Virus record (IMG/VR): IMGVR_UViG_3300044580_000443
Coordinates: 1 to 24,069 of that record
Length of the DNA stretch: 24,069 nt
Direction: 5' to 3' (one strand)
Source of the DNA: a virus
Lineage: Duplodnaviria > Caudoviricetes
Both the position numbers and the translations under genes were made by a program. The stretch's first letter is position 1. Each line of letters begins with the position of its first letter. Below the pieces are notes generated by a model, which had not been told where the DNA came from, made no database searches, and saw nothing but the letters and a program-made list of their open reading frames with translations. Below, one piece after another: positions 1-7,836 of this stretch.

Positions 1-17
1 TCCGGCCTGGTCCGGTA

Positions 18-54
18 GAAGCCGCGGGGCTTTTAGCCCCAGCGGAGTAGTCAC
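18..54 (+). mobile_element. IS200/IS605-family right end (3' end of a probable tnpB/omega-RNA element lying upstream of the window)
   Basis: GAAG is followed by an imperfect hairpin ccgc-ggggc-tttta-gcccc-a-gcgg (22-45), then AGTAG and TCAC (51-54). The GAAG guide and TCAC cleavage site obey the IS608-type guide/cleavage pairing rule. Confidence 0.8.
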
Positions 55-76
55 CTGCCACGTGTAGGAAAAGATC

Positions 77-100
77 GAGGGACGGCGAAAGCCGCCCCTC
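77..100. terminator. GC-rich hairpin, possible terminator
   Basis: gagggacggc-GAAA-gccgcccctc. It is followed by tgtattt on + and by gatctttt on -. Confidence 0.45.
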
Positions 101-320
101 TGTATTTAATCTCGCCCAGGCGCTGGGGACGTAGATAGTTGCGCCGATAATAGGCGGGACTATCATCGGGCGACCGGTCTCCATGCGCAAGCTGCCGCGG
201 CGAGTTTGTAAGTTTTTTGAAAGGTTTCTGTCGGGCTTTTGTCGGAACTGCGCGGCCCTTCTGTGGAATTTGTGCGAGACAGGCTCACAACCGCCGGCGC
301 GCCCGTGCTACGATAAATAT

Positions 321-537
321 AGGGCTGTGAGCCGCATCGAGGGCCGCCGCGCCTGGGATAGGCGTTGGACCGCGGAGCGACCTGGACGACTCCGGCTGCC
401 CCGCAAAGCGCCGCCGGTGAGGCGAGAACTGCGGGGGGAAAAGGCTCCTTCTCTTTAGAGGGTCCATCCTCGTTCCGGGGAAACCGGACAACTGAGAAGG
501 TCACAAAAGGGCCGGGTGTCCGGCCCTTTTGGCTTTT
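321..537 (+). ncRNA. Candidate structured non-coding RNA, family unrecognised
   Basis: Extended -10 TGcTACGAT at 306-314. Multiple stems: cgcct/aggcg, cggag/ctccg, ccccgca/tgcgggg, ccttctc/gagaagg, tccgg/ccgga. Long-range pairs tgtga(326-330)/tcaca(501-505) and tggacc(366-371)/ggtcca(461-466). It ends in a terminator and has no convincing ORF. Confidence 0.45.
505..537. terminator. Bidirectional intrinsic terminator
   Basis: aaaagggccgg-gtgt-ccggccctttt with a T-tract on both strands, immediately after the last minus-strand ORF (stop at 546). Confidence 0.8.
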
Positions 538-545
538 ATCCCTAT

Positions 546-773
546 TTATTTCCAGCTTGCGATCTGTCTTGGATCGATTGGCTGGCGGATGATTCGAACG
601 CGGACCCGGCACGTATCGGGTTGGATGTGGTAATCCGCCTGCGCTCGCCGCATAGCTTCCCGCATGGCGGAGACGATAGAAGCATCCTCGATCGATAACG
701 CGACCGTGGTGTAGGCGTCGCTCAATGTGGCAATGTATGTAACCGTAAGAATTGAAAATCGAGCACTAGTCAT
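546..773 (-). CDS. Hypothetical protein, 75 aa
   Basis: The start overlaps the upstream stop (ATGACTAG) and the ORF ends right before the terminator. Confidence 0.6.
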   Translation of the reverse strand: MTSARFSILTVTYIATLSDAYTTVALSIEDASIVSAMREAMRRAQADYHIQPDTCRVRVRIIRQPIDPRQIASWK

Positions 774-1023
774 TTATTTTTGAGTCTTTCTGATCATAAA
801 AAGGATCATACGACTCCGGGGCATAATCCGCGGTGGTTTTAATGCACAGATCGAACGCTTCCTGGAGGGTCTTCTGCGCTTCCCCAAAAGCGGATTGGCT
901 GCGATCGTTGTAGTGAAGACCGATGCCCATTCCTATCTTGTCTTGAAGTGTTCCGATCACGCGCAAGAGCCGCTTCACTTCCCCGCGCGCTTTTTTGAGC
1001 GGCTTGCCTGGATGGTAGTTCAT
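766..1023 (-). CDS. Hypothetical protein, 85 aa
   Basis: ATGA overlap with the upstream ORF and a GAGGT RBS. Confidence 0.7.
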   Translation of the reverse strand: MNYHPGKPLKKARGEVKRLLRVIGTLQDKIGMGIGLHYNDRSQSAFGEAQKTLQEAFDLCIKTTADYAPESYDPFYDQKDSKIND

Positions 1024-1244
1024 TTCGAAACCTCTCGGATGGTGATTTCTATTTTACCGTTGCCAAAAGAGTAGATGCGCCTGTATCCTGTCGGAATGCG
1101 CACGTGCTGGCAGGTATAGCCCATGCCGGTCAGGACTTTATGCATCTCTCCTGGAGTCACCCGGCGCACGTTCACGAGCCACCACCAACGCAACCAGAGA
1201 GTTATTATGTCGTACAGCCTGGCCAGTTTTGCGATCATGCTCAC
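1020..1244 (-). CDS. Hypothetical protein, 74 aa
   Basis: It starts a few nt after the methyltransferase stop and is coupled to the next ORF. Confidence 0.6.
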   Translation of the reverse strand: MSMIAKLARLYDIITLWLRWWWLVNVRRVTPGEMHKVLTGMGYTCQHVRIPTGYRRIYSFGNGKIEITIREVSK

Positions 1245-1249
1245 CTCGT

Positions 1250-1951
1250 TTACTTTCCAAACCCCGTTGCTTTCATCATCCCCCCAACGGGGATTTGCGC
1301 AGTTTCAGCCAACGGCGAAACTTTGTGAACAACTACGCCCTGTTCGGCCAGCGCCGATAACAGGCACGCCAGGCGGCGCGGGTTAAGTTCTGTTCCAACG
1401 AATTCCTTGCCGGCGGCGTGGGCCGCGAGTCCTACAAGTCCGCGTCCCATCACAAAATCACCGATGCACCGGTATTTCTCCCGCTGCCCAACCGCCTTGA
1501 TTACGACTGATTCATCCATCCCGGTATAATCGGCAGTTGTTTCGCTCGCCGACCCGCGCAAGATCCAGCACGGGTGCTTGCGGTAATAGGTAACTGGCCA
1601 GGCTTGTACAACCGGATAAAGACGCTCCAGGCGCTTGCGGAAATTATCCACGTTCTGCTTGCCAATCTCGATATAACAGATTTGTGGGGATATTTCTTCT
1701 ATACGCATAAATACCGCGTCGGAAAATACATCAAAGGAGGTCTGGTAATCCACCCGCTCCGCTTTGGTATAGAATGTGTTCAAGTTGCCCAGGTTCCAGG
1801 GCGGGTCGATGAAAATCAGGTCCGCCTTGTGCATAAATTCAGGCAACGGCTCGAATAAATTATGCACCGCAAGCAACCCGCCGCCGGCCTGCCAGACTTC
1901 CCCTTCCCGAATAGGGAAACGCTCCCACGCGCCGCCGTATGTCCATTTCAT
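1250..1951 (-). CDS. Amino (N6-adenine/N4-cytosine) methyltransferase-like protein, beta-class motif order
   Basis: Catalytic motif IV ADLIFIDPPW precedes the SAM-binding motif I region IGDFVMGRGLVG...FVGTELN. ATGA overlap with the ParB-like gene. Confidence 0.75.
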   Translation of the reverse strand: MKWTYGGAWERFPIREGEVWQAGGGLLAVHNLFEPLPEFMHKADLIFIDPPWNLGNLNTFYTKAERVDYQTSFDVFSDAVFMRIEEISPQICYIEIGKQNVDNFRKRLERLYPVVQAWPVTYYRKHPCWILRGSASETTADYTGMDESVVIKAVGQREKYRCIGDFVMGRGLVGLAAHAAGKEFVGTELNPRRLACLLSALAEQGVVVHKVSPLAETAQIPVGGMMKATGFGK

Positions 1952-2541
1952 CGGTCCACCTCCACCATGCCCCAGGACATGGAATAATCTGCGCCAAGGA
2001 ATAGTTCCGCAATGCCGGTCATCTGCTTATAACGAAAGACCGTATCGAGATCGATCCCCAGGTGAACGGAAATTTCATCTTCGCTCTTGCCTTGCTGGAG
2101 CAGCGAGCGAATCAGGTCAGCATCACGATCAACCTCGTGGACGCCGCGCGCTTTATTGAACTGCCAGGTCGCGGCCATGAGTTCTTCGATCGGGCGGTCC
2201 AGGACCACGATAGGCACATACGCCATATCCAGCCAGTTCGGGCCGGCAATGGTATAGCGGTGGAAACCGTCCACGACGATAAATTTTTCCAGGTCCGGGT
2301 CGTAGCCGGTGACAATCGGGAAGCAAAATCCATTGTCCACGATCGACTGCCGGAGCAGCTCCATTTTATCGTCCGGCACCTGATTCGGGTTCCAGTGATT
2401 GGCCTGGACCAGCTCGCGCCGGACCAGAAGAACATTTACACAAGGAATGAGGATTTCCTGCTTCTGTTTCGCGGCGATGATCACCGGCGCGAGCGACGGC
2501 TTCAGCGCGTGGTACTGTTCGATCGTTTCAATGCGCAGCAT
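1948..2541 (-). CDS. ibrB: IbrB/YbdM-like ParB N-terminal (ParBc) domain protein
   Basis: Motifs ANHWNPNQV...LLRQSIVDNGFCFPIV...IVVDGFHRY...FNKARGVH and a C-terminal HTH-like segment. Start set at MLRIET, which gives a TAATG overlap with the upstream stop. Confidence 0.8.
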   Translation of the reverse strand: MLRIETIEQYHALKPSLAPVIIAAKQKQEILIPCVNVLLVRRELVQANHWNPNQVPDDKMELLRQSIVDNGFCFPIVTGYDPDLEKFIVVDGFHRYTIAGPNWLDMAYVPIVVLDRPIEELMAATWQFNKARGVHEVDRDADLIRSLLQQGKSEDEISVHLGIDLDTVFRYKQMTGIAELFLGADYSMSWGMVEVDR

Positions 2542-3674
2542 TATAGATTCTCCATGTAATAGGCGATCCACGCATCGCGCGGGTCGGGTTTGTTGTCCAC
2601 GGGCAGGTTATTCTCGTAGTCGTTGAGCACGAGCTGGCGCACCTGCTGGCGGGCCACGTACTCGTTATCCAGGTGTTTGGCAAAGCGCCGCGCCAGGACT
2701 TCCTTTCCTACCGGGTCGGGATGGGTCTGGAGCAAGAAATCTCGGTAAGAGCGCCAGGAATCGAAGTTTTTGGGCAGCGTGCGGGCGCGGAAAAGTTTCG
2801 CCGCTTTGCCTGTTTCCTGCGCCAGGACGATGCCCTTGGCGCGCTTGACCAGGCGGTTATACGTGTCCGGCTCGAATTCGGGCAGATCACAAATAGATTT
2901 AAAAGACTTCTCATGAATCAAGGAGGAAATGCGCATCTCGGTAATGGGATAGCCTTTCTTGACCTGGTAGTCGTAGATTCTGTGGTAGCGAAGCCCGTTT
3001 TCGGCGATGTAATGCCACACGTCGTGGAAGTTCCAATCGTAGAGCGGGTACATCGAAACGTTGGCGCCTTTCTCTGTGGCCCAGTACACCGGCTCGCCCT
3101 GGACGTTGACCGGGTTCTTGCTGACCGTGCGCCAGCGGTTGGGCGATTCGGTTGCGCGCAATCCGACCAAAAAGGCGGTATTGTGGTAGCATCGCTCGAA
3201 GTTCACGAACACGTCATAAAATCCAAAACCTTTGGTTTTATCCGCCACGTACTGGGTGGCACGGTCCCACTGGGGGAACTTGATCGAGTAACTTTTCTTT
3301 GGCCGCATCCAGAGTTTGTGTTTGCCGGCCTCCCAGGGGATGAACTGGGTTTCGGTCAGGCTGGTGGCGTTGGTCAGGTGAAATTCCATTTGCAGCCAGA
3401 GCGGGATCACGTTCTCGGGCGACATCTCTTCCATGATGTATTCCACCTGCCGGACAGTTTCGTCGTACACCACTTCTTCATCCAGGAAGAAGATGCCGAT
3501 CTTACGCCCGCGGCGCTTGGCTTCCATCAGGGCCAGGTGCGCCAGTACGCTCGAATCTTTCCCGCCTGAAATTGACACGTGAATATTGTCGAACGAATCG
3601 AAGACAAACGAAATCCGCCGCTTCGCCGCTTCCAGAACGTTAACTTCACTGCTGTAAACTTGTGTAGGTATCAT
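2541..3674 (-). CDS. ibrA: IbrA/YbdN-like PAPS-reductase-fold (PP-loop) protein with DUF3440-type C-terminus
   Basis: NVLEAAKRRI, PP-loop SISGGKDSSVL, FFLDEE, LVGLRATESPNRW, YPLYDWNFHDVWHYI, MRIS. Start set at MIPTQ with RBS AGAGGA. Confidence 0.85.
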   Translation of the reverse strand: MIPTQVYSSEVNVLEAAKRRISFVFDSFDNIHVSISGGKDSSVLAHLALMEAKRRGRKIGIFFLDEEVVYDETVRQVEYIMEEMSPENVIPLWLQMEFHLTNATSLTETQFIPWEAGKHKLWMRPKKSYSIKFPQWDRATQYVADKTKGFGFYDVFVNFERCYHNTAFLVGLRATESPNRWRTVSKNPVNVQGEPVYWATEKGANVSMYPLYDWNFHDVWHYIAENGLRYHRIYDYQVKKGYPITEMRISSLIHEKSFKSICDLPEFEPDTYNRLVKRAKGIVLAQETGKAAKLFRARTLPKNFDSWRSYRDFLLQTHPDPVGKEVLARRFAKHLDNEYVARQQVRQLVLNDYENNLPVDNKPDPRDAWIAYYMENL

Positions 3675-4533
3675 AGATCCTCTTGACCCAGGCGTAGTAG
3701 CGTTCAAAATACCAGTGATCGACTTTCAGGTCGGCGATCAACGCGCGGCTTTGCGCCTGCCCGGTGCGGTTGAGAAAGTCGCTGTAGTCGATAAAACGGT
3801 GGGGAAAATCCACCAGGGTATAGGACTGGCCGGCCTGCGCTTCCTCGTAGGTAATCACATTGGTTCGGTTGAGCCGCTTGTTGCGCGCCACATACATCTC
3901 GGTTGAGCCAAACAGCGGCAGGTTGAGCGAGTCGATATAGGCCAGCTTATCCACCCCGCCAATCAAATGCAAATTGCGCGGCAGGGTATGCGGGTCGCGC
4001 TTGCCCAGTCCATTGAATAATCGCTCGCGTTCCGCCTCGTAGCGCCGGCGCGTCTTCTCGGATGTCGGCACATCTACGCGTTCGAATGCGAGCGGCAGCG
4101 GGTATACCGATACGCGCGACTCGGCGAGCACCAGGCCGGCGTCGAAAGGGCGGCGCTTCCAGCGACTGCGCGTGTCGAAGTCGAAGAGGATCATGAAATC
4201 CTCGCGTGTGTCGATCAATGGAAGGCGCTGGAAGATAAGCACATGCGTGGTCAGGTTGAGAAAGTTACGAATGCAGTTGTACGACAGATCGTAGCGGTTC
4301 TGCGTGCGCAGGACCTCGTTCAAAACCACCAGAGTCCGCTGGTTGATTTCTTGCAGCAGGCGGTAAAATGTCACGTACATGATCACGTCGCTGTATTTGA
4401 CGTGATCCGCGCCGTCCAACGCCAGCGGGAATTCATCCGCGGAAATGACCACGGTTTTTTCGATCCCGTGCTCGGTTTGGTAGCGCGCGATTTCTCCTGA
4501 TTTTTGCCCATCCTGCATCCCGATGAAAATCAT
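3646..4533 (-). CDS. Hypothetical protein, 295 aa, within the helicase-IbrAB operon
   Basis: Long ORF that abuts the helicase stop and overlaps the ibrA-like start. No motif recognised with certainty. Confidence 0.8.
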   Translation of the reverse strand: MIFIGMQDGQKSGEIARYQTEHGIEKTVVISADEFPLALDGADHVKYSDVIMYVTFYRLLQEINQRTLVVLNEVLRTQNRYDLSYNCIRNFLNLTTHVLIFQRLPLIDTREDFMILFDFDTRSRWKRRPFDAGLVLAESRVSVYPLPLAFERVDVPTSEKTRRRYEAERERLFNGLGKRDPHTLPRNLHLIGGVDKLAYIDSLNLPLFGSTEMYVARNKRLNRTNVITYEEAQAGQSYTLVDFPHRFIDYSDFLNRTGQAQSRALIADLKVDHWYFERYYAWVKRIYDTYTSLQQ

Positions 4534-4534
4534 G

Positions 4535-5974
4535 TCATAGCTCCGCGATCATCTTTTGAAACTTTTCTTGCGCAACTTCTTTGTCTTTCACCGCTTCTAC
4601 TTCGCGCCGGAATTCCTCCACCACGTTCTTCTTTTTGGCCAGCGCCTTAAGAATACGCTCCTCGATGCCACAGGTACAGGCGATATTGATATACGTGACC
4701 GCGCGTTCCTGTCCGAGTCGGTGACAGCGATCTTCGGCTTGGATGCGCTCCGAATATTTGAAGCCGTTGGAGAAGAAAATCACGTAGCGCGCCTCGTTGA
4801 GAGTCAACCCGTGCCCGCCCACGCCGGGCGATGCGACCAAAAAGCGCGCGCCGGCGCGGAAACGATCGATAGAACGATTTCGCTCCGCCGGACGCATCCC
4901 GCCGTGCAAGAGGCTGACCGACTCCGGGCCGCATTCGGACGCGAGCGCCTGCCCGATCTGCAGCAGGTTGTGCTGGAATTTGCTCCAGACTACGATCTTC
5001 TCTTCCCCTATTTCTTTCACCGTATCCAGCAGCAGATCCAGGCGATGGTTCTCGTATCCGCTCAAGTGGAACTGATTGTCATCCCCGCGCCGGTTCCAGA
5101 AGCCGCAGGCAATCTCTTGCAGCGAGGTGAACAGGCGAAAAATGGCGTGGGATAGTTTCCAGAATTCCGTCTCGCGGCTTGCGGATTCGGAGAAAATCTC
5201 TTTGGCCGCGTAGTACGCATCGATTTGCGCCCCGGTCATTTTTGCCCAGCGCGTCTCGTGCAACTTTCCCGGTAAATCCAGGCACTCCTCTTTGGTGACC
5301 TGGTAAACATAAGGCTGTATCCGGTCGGCCAGCACGTCTATGTCCAGCACGCGCTCGATTTTCCCCGGGATATTCTTGGAATATACCAGGTGATTATTGG
5401 CAAAAGAATAGAAACTGCGGTACCCCAGGATTTTGGGCGAGAGGAAACGCATCTGCGCAAACAAATCCACTACGCCTTGCGAGATAGGCGTGCCGGTCAG
5501 GATCATGCGGTAGCGCGCCGTCTCGGACATGGCTGTGATGCGCTTCGTGCGAATGGCCCAGTGACCTTTGATGTAGCTCGACTCGTCCACGATCACGAAA
5601 GTGCGCGGGGTGATCAGGCAGCGCGCGGCCAGCACGGCGCGATTGGAAGAACTCATCGACTCAATGCCGACGATGTAAAAAAGGCGGTCCTGCGGAACAC
5701 TGCGCGCGCTGGTTTTTTCATCAAAAACATATATGCTCGCGCAGTCTGTGTGCTTGAGGATTTCCTGGCGCACGGTCTCCATCAGCGAGACCGGGCAGAA
5801 CCAGACCGCATGGTCGATCTGCGTTTCGCGGCGCGCGGCAAACTCAATGGCGGTGCGGGTTTTCCCCGTGCCCATGTCCATAAAGAGCGCGCCCACGCGA
5901 ATGGGCAGCAGCTTATCCACCGCTTTGGTTTGGTGCGGCAAAAGCGTCGTCAAGCAGTTCACGATCGACTCCAT
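4535..5974 (-). CDS. SNF2/SWI2-family (SF2) helicase/ATPase
   Basis: LLPHQ, Walker A MDMGTGKT, Walker B IVDESSYIK, LTGTP, GGHGLTL, QAEDRCHRLGQ. Start is ATG 5974 or GTG 5962 (GGAG RBS), not 6133. Confidence 0.92.
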   Translation of the reverse strand: MESIVNCLTTLLPHQTKAVDKLLPIRVGALFMDMGTGKTRTAIEFAARRETQIDHAVWFCPVSLMETVRQEILKHTDCASIYVFDEKTSARSVPQDRLFYIVGIESMSSSNRAVLAARCLITPRTFVIVDESSYIKGHWAIRTKRITAMSETARYRMILTGTPISQGVVDLFAQMRFLSPKILGYRSFYSFANNHLVYSKNIPGKIERVLDIDVLADRIQPYVYQVTKEECLDLPGKLHETRWAKMTGAQIDAYYAAKEIFSESASRETEFWKLSHAIFRLFTSLQEIACGFWNRRGDDNQFHLSGYENHRLDLLLDTVKEIGEEKIVVWSKFQHNLLQIGQALASECGPESVSLLHGGMRPAERNRSIDRFRAGARFLVASPGVGGHGLTLNEARYVIFFSNGFKYSERIQAEDRCHRLGQERAVTYINIACTCGIEERILKALAKKKNVVEEFRREVEAVKDKEVAQEKFQKMIAEL

Positions 5975-6593
5975 GAATTTGATCTTTGGCCGGTTTCGGT
6001 TTTTCCACCGGCTTCGATTCGAGATTGACCACCAGGGCCTCCGTGCGCCGGCGGGCCTGTTCTTCCACGATGCGCCGCGCGCCGGGAGAGAGGTGGAAAT
6101 CGTGCAGATCGGCGAAATCCTGCACCTCTTCAAAAGACTCGGGCGGAATGACCACGCTGGGCGGGTTGTAACGCGAGCCGTGCAACTGGCGCGCTTTCTG
6201 ATAGTAATCCTCGCGGCGCGACCACGAAAGCACGAACCACCCGGTAAATTTCCCCGCCGTGGCAGCCATTACCCAGCGTGTTTGCTCGGGAATGTAGTTC
6301 CCATCGATCGCCAGTCGTTGGCATTCCGGGTCCGGGAAATCGACCGGGAAGCCGGCGGCCAGCAGTTCCCGCCCGATTTCCGCGGCGCGGTCCAGAGGGG
6401 TGCCGTGAAAAGCGGGTTGGATATCGCGCTCCCAGGCGCGGGCGTCGTAGTCAAAATGGTAGCCAAATTTCTTGATCGTCTCGTTGAATTTATCGCGGTC
6501 GTACTCACGCCTCACGGACACGGTCACCTTTCCGTAAGACAGGGCCGCGATAAGTTTCGAAACTGGGCGCTCGGGGAAAACCAGCAGACCCAT
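5913..6593 (-). CDS. Hypothetical protein, about 226 aa, helicase-associated (possibly HARP-like modules)
   Basis: GGAG RBS before MGLLVF, and it overlaps the helicase start. Two alpha/beta segments (IKKFGYHFDYDARAW; ARQLHGSRYN) are reminiscent of HARP-like domains, which is an inference. Confidence 0.75.
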   Translation of the reverse strand: MGLLVFPERPVSKLIAALSYGKVTVSVRREYDRDKFNETIKKFGYHFDYDARAWERDIQPAFHGTPLDRAAEIGRELLAAGFPVDFPDPECQRLAIDGNYIPEQTRWVMAATAGKFTGWFVLSWSRREDYYQKARQLHGSRYNPPSVVIPPESFEEVQDFADLHDFHLSPGARRIVEEQARRRTEALVVNLESKPVEKPKPAKDQIHGVDRELLDDAFAAPNQSGG

Positions 6594-6594
6594 G

Positions 6595-7269
6595 CTATTT
6601 CTCCGGTTTTCTGAAAAAGCGCGCGGTTGCGATGCCTGCCAGAGCCGCCGAATCGTATCTTGCAAAAAGCGACTCTAATTCACCGTTGTATATGGCGCGG
6701 GTGAACGGGAGCGCGGCCTGGCGATGGATAGCGGCGTAAAGGACTTGCAGGAAATCCTGCGGGATAGCGATCGCGCGCAAAGCGGCGATGATGCCCGTGG
6801 CCGCGTTGACCAGGACCACATGCAGCGGTTCGGCTCCCTCTGCCGTCTCGGGCGGCAGCACGCGTTCCTCGGTTGGCACCAGATGAATGGAATAAGGCGC
6901 ATCGCTCCAGGGCAGCGCCTGGCCAAAGCGATAGAGCATCACGATCTGCGCGCCGCGTTCATAGAGAGCGAAGCTAACCTCTCCCCGCGCCACGTCGTGG
7001 ATTTCTTCAGGAGTCGGGTGATTGAAGAACAGCACCAGCTCATGCTCGCCGCCGCGGTAGTTATACTGCGCCAGTTCGGGCCAGTGCGTTCGTTCGGTAT
7101 ACAGTTTGCCCACTTCGTAGATGTGCATGGTCTTTTTCTCCAGTATCCGGCGGAGCGCATCATTGACCAATTTACTGCGATTCTCATCGGTAGTCTCCCA
7201 CCACGCCGCCAGATCCGGAGCGAGGTAGAAGTCTTTACGGGCGCCTTTATCTTTTGGCTTACGAGTCAT
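6595..7269 (-). CDS. Protein with an N-terminal ribbon-helix-helix-like DNA-binding domain and an unknown C-terminal domain
   Basis: RKDFYLAPDLAAWWETTDENRSKLVNDALRRIL fits the strand-helix-(N)RS-helix RHH pattern. Confidence 0.7.
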   Translation of the reverse strand: MTRKPKDKGARKDFYLAPDLAAWWETTDENRSKLVNDALRRILEKKTMHIYEVGKLYTERTHWPELAQYNYRGGEHELVLFFNHPTPEEIHDVARGEVSFALYERGAQIVMLYRFGQALPWSDAPYSIHLVPTEERVLPPETAEGAEPLHVVLVNAATGIIAALRAIAIPQDFLQVLYAAIHRQAALPFTRAIYNGELESLFARYDSAALAGIATARFFRKPEK

Positions 7270-7275
7270 GTTAAC

Positions 7276-7836
7276 CTACCACGTGTGCGAACGATGAGTC
7301 TGCGTCGATCCGTCCGGCATAGCGTAGACGGTAACGATATCCAAACTGCATTCTTCTTTGGGATCGTTGCAATCATCTGTATACTGATCAAGCAGCGCCT
7401 TGTGGCCCGTCCGAGCAGCCTCATCGAATTTGGCCTGGCGGTCGGCTTTGGCGCGATAAGCAGCCTGGACTTTCGCCATGCGCGCCGGACGGCTGTATTC
7501 CACTGCCTGCGCATGTGTAAACGATGATCCGAGAGTCTTGACCACCTCATCTCTCACGTGGTAGCCCCATCCGCTGACATAATGGGCCAGACCCAGGACC
7601 TCAAGTTCTTTTGCGGCTTCCCCATAAATGGTGTACCCACTGAGGTATTCGCCATCATAGAAGGAAACCTGGAAAGTAATATCCTTGATAACGGCGTCAT
7701 CTTTTTCGCCAATCTCAATATTTTTTCGGTCGGCAGCGGCCTGCGCTTCGGCTTTACTCATCTCGCCGCCATTGATCATTACCCGGTATTTTCCGTCAAT
7801 CGGGTGATCCGATATTGCATAGTGATTTTTATTCAT
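7276..7836 (-). CDS. Hypothetical phage protein, 186 aa
   Basis: AAGGAG RBS and ATGA overlap. The C-terminus carries CNDPKEECSLD...HRSHTW. Confidence 0.8.
   Translation of the reverse strand: MNKNHYAISDHPIDGKYRVMINGGEMSKAEAQAAADRKNIEIGEKDDAVIKDITFQVSFYDGEYLSGYTIYGEAAKELEVLGLAHYVSGWGYHVRDEVVKTLGSSFTHAQAVEYSRPARMAKVQAAYRAKADRQAKFDEAARTGHKALLDQYTDDCNDPKEECSLDIVTVYAMPDGSTQTHRSHTW

Noticed and set aside
95-125. Pistol ribozyme-like CUGGGCGAGAUUAAAUA on the minus strand
   Set aside because: P1 does not pair, and the pseudoknot partner and GCG/GU core are not in the required order.
390-410. Cobalamin riboswitch-like TCCGGCTGCCCCGCAA
   Set aside because: The AGGGAA, GCCACTG and B12-box elements are missing, and no downstream gene is regulated.
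163-698. Short ORFs in 163-698 and the many antisense ORFs over the large genes
   Set aside because: They have no RBS and low-complexity Arg/Pro/Gly composition, typical of shadow frames in high-GC DNA.
1250-5974. BREX, DISARM or Dnd/Ssp defence system
   Set aside because: There is no PglZ, BrxC, DrmA/B, DndD/E or cysteine desulfurase. Only the PAPS-reductase fold, a helicase and a methyltransferase are shared.
5975-6133. N-terminal extension of the helicase ORF
   Set aside because: It overlaps the upstream gene in another frame. The sequence is Arg/Pro/Ser-rich shadow, and the RBS lies at about 5970.
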